A DNA stretch of 64,000 nucleotides from an uncultured bacterium. GTDB lineage: Bacteria > Acidobacteriota > Thermoanaerobaculia > Multivoradales > JAHZIX01. The notes beneath the pieces were generated by a model, which saw only the letters and a list, made by a program, of their open reading frames with translations, did no database searches and had not been told where the DNA came from. Of this stretch, positions 1 to 9,429 are shown in pieces. Location of the stretch: the NCBI GenBank assembly GCA_965368975.1, contig CBDUPA010000002.1:384001-448000 (forward strand), written 5' to 3'. Position 1 is the first letter of the stretch, and every line of letters begins with the position of its first letter. A program made the translations under genes and the position numbers.

Positions 1-1
1 G

Positions 2-418
2 CGGATCGCCCACGGACGTTTGCTGGCTGAGCTTTGGCAGCTGCGCGATCACATTATCGGTCGCGAAGTCCCTGTCTGGCTGCCACCGCAGGGAGACGAG
101 GAAGGACAGGACAACGTGCGGAATCCACTGGAGGTCGTCGCGGGCACGATCGACCTGCTGTACGTGGAACCCGGAAGTGGACGCCTCGTGATCGTGGACT
201 ACAAGACGGACCAGATTCACGACGACCAGGAACTACAGCAACGGACCGGAGCCTACCGGCGTCAAGGACGTGTCTACCAGCGCGCCCTGGTGGACGCCCT
301 GGGTCTGCCGCAAACACCCTGGTTCGAACTCTGGTTCCTCACACTCGATCTGCGCATTCGAGTGGAGGAGCCGGCACGGTACAATCGCGATCATGTTTCT
401 CGCCCTGAACAGTCCTGA
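2..418 (+). CDS. addA: C-terminal PD-(D/E)XK nuclease domain of an AddA/UvrD-type helicase-nuclease (5'-partial)
   Basis: Frame open from position 2; RecB-family motifs GTIDLL...VIVDYKTD...Q-x-x-x-Y (RQGRVY). Confidence 0.75.
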   Translation, partial: RIAHGRLLAELWQLRDHIIGREVPVWLPPQGDEEGQDNVRNPLEVVAGTIDLLYVEPGSGRLVIVDYKTDQIHDDQELQQRTGAYRRQGRVYQRALVDALGLPQTPWFELWFLTLDLRIRVEEPARYNRDHVSRPEQS

Positions 419-443
419 TGACTATGACCGACGGAGACCCGCT

Positions 444-1022
444 GTGAACCAAGCCAAGTCCTTCCTGTTGTCCCTCGCGGCCGCGGGCATTCTGCTCGTG
501 GCTTGCCAGCCGTCCAACTCCAGCGCGCCTGAGCAAGACGCACCAGCCACGTCCGAGCGGGCTGAGAGTCCGCAGCTCGGTCTGGCTCTGGCCAATGTGC
601 CCGAGGGCTTCCAGGTCGTCGAGGAGAACGAGCTGCGGTTGCAGCGGACCGACGATCAGACCGGTGAAGTGTGGATCGAGGTCGGCCCAGTGGTCGAGAG
701 CATCAACTTGGTGCAGGAAGTTCGCAACTGGGAGAAGCGCTTCGATGAGATGCCCGGCGGTGACTTCAAGGGACAGATGGAACTAGGTACCCAGTTTGGT
801 TCCGCCTACTCGGTCCGCGGGCGCTATCTGGAGGGCGACTTGGAGGTCGAGCAGTTCCGACTAATGAGCCTGCATCCGAACGAGTACCGACTGCTCAGTC
901 TCATCTACACCTACCCCGCCGGCGAGGACTCGACGATGCGGAGCAACCAGGTCATGGAAGTCTTCGGTGAACTCGAAGGTCTCACCCCGGCGCCCAGCGC
1001 TACAGAAAACGCAGCTGAGTGA
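444..1022 (+). CDS. Hypothetical lipoprotein
   Basis: GTG at 444 after GGAG; N-terminus NQAKSFLLSLAAAGILLVAC with lipobox LVAC. Confidence 0.7.
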   Translation: MNQAKSFLLSLAAAGILLVACQPSNSSAPEQDAPATSERAESPQLGLALANVPEGFQVVEENELRLQRTDDQTGEVWIEVGPVVESINLVQEVRNWEKRFDEMPGGDFKGQMELGTQFGSAYSVRGRYLEGDLEVEQFRLMSLHPNEYRLLSLIYTYPAGEDSTMRSNQVMEVFGELEGLTPAPSATENAAE

Positions 1023-1066
1023 GTGGAGCGAGTCGCTCGCTCTGGTAGACACGCTAGCGGGAACTA

Positions 1067-1100
1067 CAAAAGGGGGAGGAGCAGAGTGCCCCTCCCCCTT
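1067..1100 (-). terminator. Rho-independent terminator downstream of the Zn-peptidase gene
   Basis: Stem AAGGGGGAGG...CCTCCCCCTT; followed by TTTTGT on the minus strand. Confidence 0.7.
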
Positions 1101-1190
1101 GAGGTTAAACCAGACTTCAGTAATGCGTTACCGCCTACTGCCGTCACTGCACTGTGACCACGAAGCGTAAGACGGCCCCGTGAGTTTTCT

Positions 1191-1868
1191 TCAGTCGCGG
1201 CTCATTCCCAAGACGATGAATGCATAGTAGAGCAGCGTCATGATGCTGGAAACTGCGGCGGCGACGTAAGTCATGGCGGCAGCGTTCAGCACCTTCGACA
1301 TTCCGCGCTGCTCCTCCTGAGTCACCAAGCCGAATTGCATCGCCAGTTTCTTCGCGCGACTCGAGGCGTCGAACTCAACCGGCAAGGTCACCAGCTGGAA
1401 CAGCACGACCGCCGAAAATAGAAAGACACCCAACATCGCCAGACCGGCCATGTTGAGGAAGAGACCGGCGAAGATGACGATGATGCCGAGGTTGGAACCG
1501 ATGCCGGCACTCGGCACCAGGATAGAGCGGATCCAGAGCGGCTTGTAGGCTTTGGCATGCTGGATCGCGTGTCCTGCTTCGTGACAGGCGACCCCGACGG
1601 CGGCAACGCTGTGCGAGCGATACACATCCGGTGACAGCGCGAGCGTCTTGTTCATCGGATTGTAGTGATCGCTCAGGAAACCCTGGGTCTCACGGATCTG
1701 CACGTCGTGAATACCCGCCCGCTCGAGCAGGACCTGGGCCGCTTGCGCGCCGGTAAAGCCGCGGGCGGCCGGCACGCGAGAGTACTTCTTGAAGGCCGAG
1801 CGGGTCTTCCAGCTCGCCCAGCCGGAGAGCAGGAGCGCCGGCAGCATGACGAATAGGATGTAGGACAT
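1191..1868 (-). CDS. Membrane neutral zinc metallopeptidase (YugP / Zn_peptidase_2 family)
   Basis: Motifs LSDHYNP, VACHEAGHAIQH (HExxH), TLPVEFDASSRA, AAAMTYVAA; GGAGG SD. Confidence 0.9.
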   Translation of the reverse strand: MSYILFVMLPALLLSGWASWKTRSAFKKYSRVPAARGFTGAQAAQVLLERAGIHDVQIRETQGFLSDHYNPMNKTLALSPDVYRSHSVAAVGVACHEAGHAIQHAKAYKPLWIRSILVPSAGIGSNLGIIVIFAGLFLNMAGLAMLGVFLFSAVVLFQLVTLPVEFDASSRAKKLAMQFGLVTQEEQRGMSKVLNAAAMTYVAAAVSSIMTLLYYAFIVLGMSRD

Positions 1869-2096
1869 GTAGCCTCCTCGTGATGTAGGTTCTCTTGAGA
1901 GTGGAGACAGCGGGGAATCTCTCCCGCACGTTAGACCTGAGTCTTCCGGACTTACATTCCGGAGCCGCCCTATCTTAGCAGGTACTATGGCCTGTGCGTA
2001 GAGACGCGATTGGGCGTGATTTGGCGAGGGAAGAGGGGCAGGCGGGTCGTACAGCTGTGCAGGGGGGGGATCAGCAAGCTGGATTAGCTCGGACGA

Positions 2097-2258
2097 TCAG
2101 TGGGGATCCACGGGGGCACCGGGGCTCGGACTGTGACGGCCGTCACGGCGCAGAAAGCGCGTCAACTCTCGCCCAACATACAGAACCAGGACCACGACCA
2201 CCACGTAGGCAGCGGTCCAGGCCAGCTCTGAAGTAGGGTTGTAGCTGAGAATTTCCAT
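2097..2258 (-). CDS. Small single-TM membrane protein (53 aa)
   Basis: ATG 2258 preceded by GGAG; hydrophobic AWTAAYVVVVVLVLYVG followed by basic residues. Confidence 0.45.
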   Translation of the reverse strand: MEILSYNPTSELAWTAAYVVVVVLVLYVGRELTRFLRRDGRHSPSPGAPVDPH

Positions 2259-2406
2259 CGTCGTCTCCGATCTCGCGCTCATCTTGGCCCGGGCACCTTG
2301 CGTCCCGCCCTCGTTCTGTTGAAACAAGGCTCGAGGTGCTACCTATTCCAGCATCACGAGCCCCGAGACCCGTCGCCCGGGGCTCCACCTGGGGTAGCAT
2401 CCGCCC

Positions 2407-2850
2407 ATGAGCGACACCCGCAAGCAGAGTCCATCGCCCGACTACTATCCACCTCTGACTGCTCAGGGCCGGGATCCGGCCATCCGCGTGATGCTCCTGC
2501 CGCGTGACACCAATGCCGTCGGCACCATCTTCGGTGGCATCATCCTGTCCTACATCGATCAGGCGGGCGCCGTGGAGGCACACCGCTGGGTCAGCGGACC
2601 GGTGGTTACCGTCGCTATGCGCGAGGTCGAGTTTCACGAACCGGTGTTCGTGGGCGATCTCGTCAGCCTCTATACCCGCACACTACGACTGGGTCGGACC
2701 TCGATCACCGTCAAGGTCGAAGTCGAGTCGGAGCGACGTTGCCAGGATGGTGAGGTGGTCAAGGTCACCGAAGCCGAAGTGGTCTACGTCCATGTGGACG
2801 ACCAGCGCCACCCGATCCCGCTCGATCTGGCCCCGGAAGGGTCTGGCTAG
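2407..2850 (+). CDS. Acyl-CoA thioesterase (YciA-type hotdog fold)
   Basis: [46 protein letters not shown]. Confidence 0.9.
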   Translation: MSDTRKQSPSPDYYPPLTAQGRDPAIRVMLLPRDTNAVGTIFGGIILSYIDQAGAVEAHRWVSGPVVTVAMREVEFHEPVFVGDLVSLYTRTLRLGRTSITVKVEVESERRCQDGEVVKVTEAEVVYVHVDDQRHPIPLDLAPEGSG

Positions 2851-2854
2851 CCCT

Positions 2855-3499
2855 TCAGCTGAAGCCCTTGTCAACGACCGCATCGATATCCTCGGTGCTT
2901 CTCGAGGAACCCGCTCGGTCTCCGGCGCCTCGTGCCTGGGTCGCGGGAGAGTAATCCTCGAAGCAGCGCCGGCAGCGAGCCTCGTACGCATCCAGGTCGC
3001 CAACCTGTACCTGCTCGGCACCGCCCGCGATCCGCTGACTGTAGTGAGCCGGTTGGCCACAGCGAACGCACACCGCGTGCATCTTGTCAACGTACTCTGC
3101 CATCGCCAGTAGGTGCGGCATCGGGCCGAATGGCTGGCGCTGGAAGTCTTGATCCAGACCGGCGATGATCACACGAACGCCCGCGTCCGCCAGTTCGGTG
3201 ACCAGCGCCACCAGCCCATCGTCGAAGAACTGCGCTTCGTCGATACCCACCACCTGTACACCGAAATGCAGCTGTGCTCGCAGGGCTTGGCTGTTGATCA
3301 CTGAGCGGGCCTCCTGCTCACGATTGTCCCGTGTCACGACACCATCTGGATGGTGGCGCGTGTCGGCGCGCGGCTTGAAGACCTGCACTCTCTGCCGAGC
3401 AATTTCAGCCCGGCGGATGCGCCGGACCAGTTCCTCGCTCTTGCCGGAGAACATGCCTCCAGCGATCACCTCGATGTGTCCCGTCGTACGTTCGTTCAT
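2855..3499 (-). CDS. tdk: Thymidine kinase
   Basis: GGMFSGKSEEL P-loop, IDEAQFF, AGLDQDF, CVRC...YEARCRRC zinc/lasso motifs. Confidence 0.95.
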   Translation of the reverse strand: MNERTTGHIEVIAGGMFSGKSEELVRRIRRAEIARQRVQVFKPRADTRHHPDGVVTRDNREQEARSVINSQALRAQLHFGVQVVGIDEAQFFDDGLVALVTELADAGVRVIIAGLDQDFQRQPFGPMPHLLAMAEYVDKMHAVCVRCGQPAHYSQRIAGGAEQVQVGDLDAYEARCRRCFEDYSPATQARGAGDRAGSSRSTEDIDAVVDKGFS

Positions 3500-3963
3500 T
3501 CCTGTCCACGATAGAGAGTTTCCACCGCCTCTGCCGTCAGGCCGGCAATCTCGCCCGCCACGATCCGCGCAACCGCCAGGCCAGCCTCGGCGGCGGCGGC
3601 GGTCCCCGCTTCCGAGGCCTCGAGTGCGAGAACCTCATGCGGATGCACCAGCCGGTCCGGGAGCGGTGGCAATGAGTTGAAATCTTCCAAGGCTCTTACG
3701 TAGGCGCGCGCCCCGTGCGCACCGCCGCCGGGACTTTCGCTGCTGACCACCACCTTGACGATGTCCGACAGTCGGCTCTGCTGCAGTGCGGAGTGCATCT
3801 CCTGCAAACGGGCCGCACCCACGGCACCCACCATCCAACCGCGTGCCACGAAGCTGGCCAAGAGTTCCTCAGCGCCTGCGACAACCATTGCCCGTCGGGA
3901 ATCGACGCGTCTCACGAGAACACCATCGTAGGCGAGCAACACAGCACGCAGCATGCGGACCAT
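3496..3963 (-). CDS. HAD-superfamily-like protein, capless, catalytic residues lost
   Basis: MLRAVLLAYDGVLV (motif I DxD changed to AxD); VLALEASEAG (motif IV EDS changed to EAS); ATGA overlap with tdk; start may be 3954. Confidence 0.6.
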   Translation of the reverse strand: MVRMLRAVLLAYDGVLVRRVDSRRAMVVAGAEELLASFVARGWMVGAVGAARLQEMHSALQQSRLSDIVKVVVSSESPGGGAHGARAYVRALEDFNSLPPLPDRLVHPHEVLALEASEAGTAAAAEAGLAVARIVAGEIAGLTAEAVETLYRGQE

Positions 3964-4061
3964 CCTATCCGGCCGGGCGCCCAATCGCGACCGTATTTGA
4001 CTTGCTGTTGCAGCGGGGGCTATTCTGGGATTTCCTGAAACGGAAGGAGACACTCATAGCT

Positions 4062-4448
4062 ATGGAACAAACGCAGCAATTGCAAGAGAGCCCCGAAGCT
4101 CAGCCGCCACAGGAATTCATCCCGGTCCACCTGACCCCGAAGGCGGTCAACATGGTGAAAATCACCCGTGAGCAGGAAGGAATCGACCCTACCTTTGGCT
4201 TGCGGATCGCGGTGCGCGGTGGCGGCTGCAGTGGCTTCGAGTACGCTCTCGACTTCGAGGAGGCCAGCCGTGACAACGACTGGGTCTATGAGCAAGAGGA
4301 TCTGAGAGTCATGGTCGACCCCGTGAGCGCGCGCTACCTCGATGGCACCGAGATCGACTACGTGCTCGGCGCCACCGGAGCCGGTTTCAAATTCAACAAT
4401 CCGAAGGCCGTAGGCACCTGCGGCTGCGGTTCGTCATTCAGCATCTGA
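4062..4448 (+). CDS. erpA: A-type Fe-S cluster carrier (HesB/IscA/ErpA family)
   Basis: GGGCSGFEY, GFKFNNP, CGCGSSF; AAGGAG SD. Confidence 0.9.
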   Translation: MEQTQQLQESPEAQPPQEFIPVHLTPKAVNMVKITREQEGIDPTFGLRIAVRGGGCSGFEYALDFEEASRDNDWVYEQEDLRVMVDPVSARYLDGTEIDYVLGATGAGFKFNNPKAVGTCGCGSSFSI

Positions 4449-4480
4449 TACGTCTCGGCTGACGCCGAGTCACGCAAGCA

Positions 4481-4517
4481 AAGAAAAGGGGACTCCACGG
4501 AGTCCCCTTCTCTGTTT
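4481..4517. terminator. Probable bidirectional intrinsic terminator
   Basis: AAGAAAAGGGGACTCC-A-CGGAGTCCCCTTCTCTGTTT hairpin between convergent genes. Confidence 0.75.
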
Positions 4518-4550
4518 CGTTGGCCAACACCCGACCTGCAGACAACGAGA

Positions 4551-5714
4551 TCAGCGCGGCGGGCCGCTCTCCAACTGCTCGAGCTGGCGCTTCAGTTCTT
4601 CTTCTTCCCGCTTCAGGCGCTCGTACTCGGCCTCTTCCTGCGCGACCTCTGCGTTGTGCTCCGCCACCTCGGCGTTCGTGCGCACACGCTCGGCCGCCGC
4701 TGGATCGCCGGCCCTGATATAGGCCTGCTCCGCATCGCTGTACTTCTTCAGCTTCTCGTAGACGAAAGCGAGCTGCTTCAACACGCGAGTCTGGTTAGCC
4801 TGACTCGGGTTGTTGGCCAGGGAACGCTGCAGTGCGGCTTCAGCTTCAGCGTAGTTGCGGGTCGCAGTGTGTGCCTGGCCGATGTAGAAATGAGGTAGCC
4901 AGTCACTGCCGCGCTTGGCAGCTGCCTGGTCGAAGCTTGAGACGGCACCAGCATAGTCCGTGGAGCCGAGCTGCGCTTCACCGAGCAGCAAGAAATTCTC
5001 ATAGGTGCCGGACAGCTGCGTCAGGCGGGTCGCATTCTCGACCGCCTTCCGGTACGTTGCGACCTTGCTGTCGCCTCGGCTCTGGCGCCCGATGCGCAAC
5101 AGCGCGTCAACATAGGCCTTCCGCTTGGCTGCATCGTTCGGATCGAGCTGCACAGCACGCCCCAGGGCCCGCTCCGCTTCGTTCATCTGGCCCGCGTTGA
5201 AGGCTGCGGCACCGTAGTTGAAGTGCGCCGCTGCACTGCTTGGATTGGCAGCCGCAGCTTGCTTGAGCGATACCAACGCACGATCGCCCTGGCCACTCTT
5301 GTCCAGCGCCACCGCCATCAGTTGGTGGTAGGTACCCTGCAAGCTGGCTGGCAGGCTCGATGGATTGATGCTCCCCAGGACCTCCGCAGCCTCCCGATAC
5401 TTGCGAGCTTTAACGTAAGCCTCACCAAGCTTGAACTTGGTATTTGTGTCGTCCGGATTCAGCTCGTAGGCTTGGCGGAACGCGGCGACAGCGTCACTGT
5501 CCCGCTTGAGCTTCTGCAGCGCCTGACCGAGCATCATGTAGCCACCCGGAAAATCGGGGCTCTGCTCCGTAACCGCTTGAAACTGGCGTGCCGCTTCCGC
5601 CCAGTTTTCACTTTTGAAAGCTGCAACACCTTGCTGCCAATCGGCCTGCGCCGGAATGGTCAGGGTCGCCAGCAGAACTGCCGCGGCGATCGCGGCGCTC
5701 CAATTGCTTCGCAT
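4551..5714 (-). CDS. Secreted tetratricopeptide-repeat protein with C-terminal coiled coil
   Basis: Signal peptide MRSNWSAAIAAAVLLATLTIPAQA; repeated TPR helices (e.g. AHFNYGAAAFNAGQMNEAERALGRAVQLDP). Confidence 0.85.
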   Translation of the reverse strand: MRSNWSAAIAAAVLLATLTIPAQADWQQGVAAFKSENWAEAARQFQAVTEQSPDFPGGYMMLGQALQKLKRDSDAVAAFRQAYELNPDDTNTKFKLGEAYVKARKYREAAEVLGSINPSSLPASLQGTYHQLMAVALDKSGQGDRALVSLKQAAAANPSSAAAHFNYGAAAFNAGQMNEAERALGRAVQLDPNDAAKRKAYVDALLRIGRQSRGDSKVATYRKAVENATRLTQLSGTYENFLLLGEAQLGSTDYAGAVSSFDQAAAKRGSDWLPHFYIGQAHTATRNYAEAEAALQRSLANNPSQANQTRVLKQLAFVYEKLKKYSDAEQAYIRAGDPAAAERVRTNAEVAEHNAEVAQEEAEYERLKREEEELKRQLEQLESGPPR

Positions 5715-5787
5715 CACTTGGCTCCTTTGAGAGAAGTCGAGAGGCAACAGATAAGAGAGACTCGGGTCAGCATGGACTGACAACAGA

Positions 5788-6609
5788 TCAGAAGGAGGAC
5801 AGGTACTCGTTGATACCCTCAAGGAACGTCTGAGCCTGATTCGGCCCCAGAGCTCCTGACACCACCTTCTCCGCCGACCGCACCAAATCGAGTAGCGCGT
5901 CCAGCTGACGCCCAGCCTCGACCTCGGCGAGACTCAAGCGGTACTGCTGGTCCAACTCTTCTCGGTCACCCGGACTGGAGAGCAAGGCTTGTGCTTGATC
6001 GCGGATCTTCTCGGCGATCTGCGGCAGCAGCTCGGCCGGTATCCTCTGCAGCTGTTCCCCCGACAAGCCGCTCAAGCTGTCCTTGAGCCCCACGAGTTGT
6101 GAGGTGATCAGACCGAAGAGCAACTTGCAGATCTCGAACGGGCTCTTACCCAGGCCGATGGCGATCTCTTCGATCGACCGCCGCTCGTCCACCTTGCTAA
6201 TCAGGCTCCACTCCTGCGGCGACAACGAGACCGACGTCGTTGCGGAGTGGTTTGTGAACACCGGCACCATGCGAGTGGAAGGTATGCGCTTGGACAGCAC
6301 CTTCCACTCGTCGATGCGGCGTGCCGCTTCCATGAGCAGGTTCGTATTGGAACGCTTCACCGATTTCTCGGTGTTCTCCTCACCCGGCTGGAAGACAAAG
6401 TCACCTTCCTGCCAGATAGCCATTTCGTAGACGGCTTCTTCCCCGGACAGCTTGCCGGTTTCGCCATGCACGATCTGCCCCTGAAGGAGGTAGATCTTCC
6501 CCTCCGAGTCACCATTCTTCAACAGGAACATCCCCGTCTTCCCTGAGACGGAGACGAGTTGAATGATGTCCGGTAGTGGGAGCTCGCTGAGCGACCCCTG
6601 AAACGCCAT
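5788..6609 (-). CDS. DUF4388 domain-containing protein
   Basis: N-terminus FQGSLSELPLPDIIQLV..SGKTG, WQEGDFVF, LLMEAARRIDEW. Confidence 0.85.
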   Translation of the reverse strand: MAFQGSLSELPLPDIIQLVSVSGKTGMFLLKNGDSEGKIYLLQGQIVHGETGKLSGEEAVYEMAIWQEGDFVFQPGEENTEKSVKRSNTNLLMEAARRIDEWKVLSKRIPSTRMVPVFTNHSATTSVSLSPQEWSLISKVDERRSIEEIAIGLGKSPFEICKLLFGLITSQLVGLKDSLSGLSGEQLQRIPAELLPQIAEKIRDQAQALLSSPGDREELDQQYRLSLAEVEAGRQLDALLDLVRSAEKVVSGALGPNQAQTFLEGINEYLSSF

Positions 6610-6629
6610 GGATGGACGGTTGACCTAGT

Positions 6630-7355
6630 CTATTGCAACGTGAAGTTGACAGTCAGGTTGTAGTAGACGGAAACAGGCTTGCCATTGAGCGTCGCCGGGC
6701 GGAACTTCCACCCTTTGATCGCGTCGATGGCTGCCTGATCGAGTCCCATCGGGAGACCCTTGAGCACCTTGACGTTCGTGACGTTACCGTCCTTGTCGAT
6801 AATCGCTTCCACGATCACGACACCAGTGATGCGCGCCTTGCGGGCGATCTCTGTGTACTGCGGCGGCGGAGCGTGCAGCTTCTCCGGCGCCTTGACGTCG
6901 CCACCGACGCGAATCGGACCGGAGGGCTCTACTGGTGGCGGACCGTCCGGGATGTCGAACACGATGTCGGTGTCCGGCATATCGATTTCCGGCTCGATCT
7001 CGTCTTCCAGACGAATGGGCTCTGGCTCGTCCGGCGTCGGGTCCGGAATCGGCACCTTCTTGGTACGCGGCTTCGGCAACTCCTGCTGCTGCGGAGGTGG
7101 CGGCGGACGGAAACGTACCTGCTGCACCACGAAAACCTTCGGCTTCTCCTTCTCGAAGTCGTCAGCCTCGGTTTTCTCCGGGAAGTACATGAAGAGCAGC
7201 ACGGCGTGGAAGACAGCCGCGAAGGCAACGCCGATCCAGAAGTTCCGGCGGTCCTGACTTTCCTCTTCGAGGAAGTGTACGAACTCGTTACCTACCTGCT
7301 CTTCCAGGGAGCCCTGGGGGGCCTCACCCGGCTTCGTCTTGTTGTCTTTCGCCAT
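6630..7355 (-). CDS. tonB: Energy transducer TonB
   Basis: TM with HAV; Pro-rich linker; C-terminal PQYTEIARKARITGVVIVEAIIDKDG...W-F-PA. Confidence 0.9.
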   Translation of the reverse strand: MAKDNKTKPGEAPQGSLEEQVGNEFVHFLEEESQDRRNFWIGVAFAAVFHAVLLFMYFPEKTEADDFEKEKPKVFVVQQVRFRPPPPPQQQELPKPRTKKVPIPDPTPDEPEPIRLEDEIEPEIDMPDTDIVFDIPDGPPPVEPSGPIRVGGDVKAPEKLHAPPPQYTEIARKARITGVVIVEAIIDKDGNVTNVKVLKGLPMGLDQAAIDAIKGWKFRPATLNGKPVSVYYNLTVNFTLQ

Positions 7356-7415
7356 CTTGACCTCCTGCTCGTCAGACGAGCTTAACCGAAATCCGCGCCA
7401 GCGTCACGGGCGACA

Positions 7416-7850
7416 CTAGAACCAGAAGCGTTCGATTTCGCGCTGGGTGGGAATCGAGACGTTGATCTTGATTTCGTGCTCTTCCTCACCTTGGCGTAAT
7501 GTGTCGAACACCTTGACCATGGCGCCGTACGGAGCATTGCCGTCCGGACGGATGATCACAGGCTTCTTGGGATTGTTCTCGAGCTTCGGCAAGAGGTAAC
7601 CCACGATGTCGCCAGCCTGCATCGGCTTGCCATCAACCAGGATGTTCTCGTAGCCGCGAATCTCGATCAGAACCGCCTCTTCCTTCTCGATCTCGGGCGG
7701 ATTGTCCTCTTCTTCCGGCAGTGCGAAGTCGAGGCCACGGGTCGCCGCGAAGGTCGTGGTGACCATGAAGTAGATGATCAGCAGGAAGGCGATGTCCGCC
7801 ATCGAAGATGTTGGAATCTCGTCGCTGACGTTGCGTTTTGTCACTTTCAT
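7416..7850 (-). CDS. exbD: ExbD/TolR family protein
   Basis: SSMADIAFLLIIYFMVTTTF TM with conserved Asp; VIIRPD..APYG. Confidence 0.9.
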   Translation of the reverse strand: MKVTKRNVSDEIPTSSMADIAFLLIIYFMVTTTFAATRGLDFALPEEEDNPPEIEKEEAVLIEIRGYENILVDGKPMQAGDIVGYLLPKLENNPKKPVIIRPDGNAPYGAMVKVFDTLRQGEEEHEIKINVSIPTQREIERFWF

Positions 7851-7874
7851 TGGGTTCCTCCCGCTGGTTCCGGC

Positions 7875-8303
7875 TCAGCGTGCCTGGATGGTGTCCTGCT
7901 GCGACAGCAGGTAAACCACCCTGACGCGCGCCTGCTTGAGGCTGTCGATCACTTCGTCAACGACCCTGTAGGGTACGCCCTCGTCCGCCTTCAGCACCAC
8001 GGCTCGGTCCGGATAGGTCTGCACCAATCCGCGGCCGAAAGAGAGCACGTCTTCTGACGATGGCACCACGTAGCTCATTTCTTCACCGTCGCTGACTCGG
8101 ATCTGGCCCGCCTCGGTCACCGACACGTAGGCCGACTCACGAGGAATCTCATAGCGCAAATGAGTCTGCGGCAAGGTCACCTGGGTGCGGTCGACCTCGA
8201 CCACGAAGGTGATCATGAAGAAGATGATGAGCAGGAACGCGATGTCTGCCATCGAAGCGGTCGGAATGACCGCCGGCGCTGCCTTTGTGGCATGTAGTTT
8301 CAT
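7875..8303 (-). CDS. exbD: ExbD/TolR family protein (second paralog)
   Basis: ASMADIAFLLIIFFMIT; VVLKADEGVPYRVVDEVID. Confidence 0.9.
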   Translation of the reverse strand: MKLHATKAAPAVIPTASMADIAFLLIIFFMITFVVEVDRTQVTLPQTHLRYEIPRESAYVSVTEAGQIRVSDGEEMSYVVPSSEDVLSFGRGLVQTYPDRAVVLKADEGVPYRVVDEVIDSLKQARVRVVYLLSQQDTIQAR

Positions 8304-8385
8304 AGCGTGCTATCCCGCCTTCCTTGATTCGTGAAGGGAGTCGGCAACCGGACCGCCCGCAAGCGGCCCGGTGACCTCGCCCCGA

Positions 8386-9081
8386 TCAGCTCTTCTTCCC
8401 AGCATCCGCGGCGCCGGACGTGCTAACAGCCTCGGCAGAGATACCGCTACGCTCCATCTCGGAGAAGGTCTCGAGCAGCATGTTCGTCGCCGTCTCGATT
8501 TCACGCACGAAGCGGTTGATGCGGCTCATGAAGAAGTTGTAGGCAATCTGCACCGGAATCGCCACCGCCAAACCACCAGCGGTGGTGGTCAACGCCTCTT
8601 TGATACCGCTGGCCACCAGACCCGGGTTCGACAGACCGGCCTTCGCCAGGGCGTCGAACGAGCGAATCATGCCGGTAACGGTACCGAGGAAGCCGAGCAA
8701 CGGCGCTACGTTGGCTGTCGTGGCGAGCACGACCAGACCCCGCTCGAGGCGGCCCATCTCGTACAGCGCTGCATTTTCGATGGTCTTCTCTACTTCATCC
8801 TTGGGCTGGCCGTACTTCAGCAGACCAGCCTTCATGATCGAAGCGACCGGGCCCCGGTAGTTCTCGCATACCTTGATGGCTTCCCGCACGGAGCGGTTCA
8901 CGATCAGAGCCTTGCGAATCTTGGCCAGGAACTCGTTGACGTTGATCCGTGCCCGCCAGAGAGCGATGAACCGCTCGATGATGATGGCCAGGGCGATGAT
9001 CGAGAACGCCAGCAGCAGCCACATAATGAAGCCGCCTTGATCCATCAAATCCCAAAACCTGAAGGCCTCTTGGCTGTTCAC
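8386..9081 (-). CDS. exbB: MotA/TolQ/ExbB proton channel protein
   Basis: APLLGFLGTVTGMIRSF, GIKEALTTTAGGLAVAIP; GGAGGAG SD before GTG. Confidence 0.92.
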   Translation of the reverse strand: MNSQEAFRFWDLMDQGGFIMWLLLAFSIIALAIIIERFIALWRARINVNEFLAKIRKALIVNRSVREAIKVCENYRGPVASIMKAGLLKYGQPKDEVEKTIENAALYEMGRLERGLVVLATTANVAPLLGFLGTVTGMIRSFDALAKAGLSNPGLVASGIKEALTTTAGGLAVAIPVQIAYNFFMSRINRFVREIETATNMLLETFSEMERSGISAEAVSTSGAADAGKKS

Positions 9082-9429
9082 GCTACTCCTCCTACGTTGT
9101 GGTTAGATCCACCACGGGTCGTCTGTTTCCTTAGACCAGGGCAAGGCGGATCGAGTTCCCATTCGAGCCTCACAAGATCATCCTTGTCGGCACAGGGTGA
9201 CCGACGCTGAACGCGGCCGCACTCCTATAGATGCTGCAAGACGGTGATCTCGGGACACTGTTTTTTCTGAACGACGCGTTTTTCTGGACGACGTGTCTCT
9301 CGGAACAAGCGAATCCAGATGATTTCACACTCCCCAGAGAGACGCCTCTCGGAAGCGTGGCTGCCCTCTCGGTGACGGCGGTTCGCGGACAAGCTACTGC
9401 TGGCCTGCTACTCCATACTGAGCTAGCGG

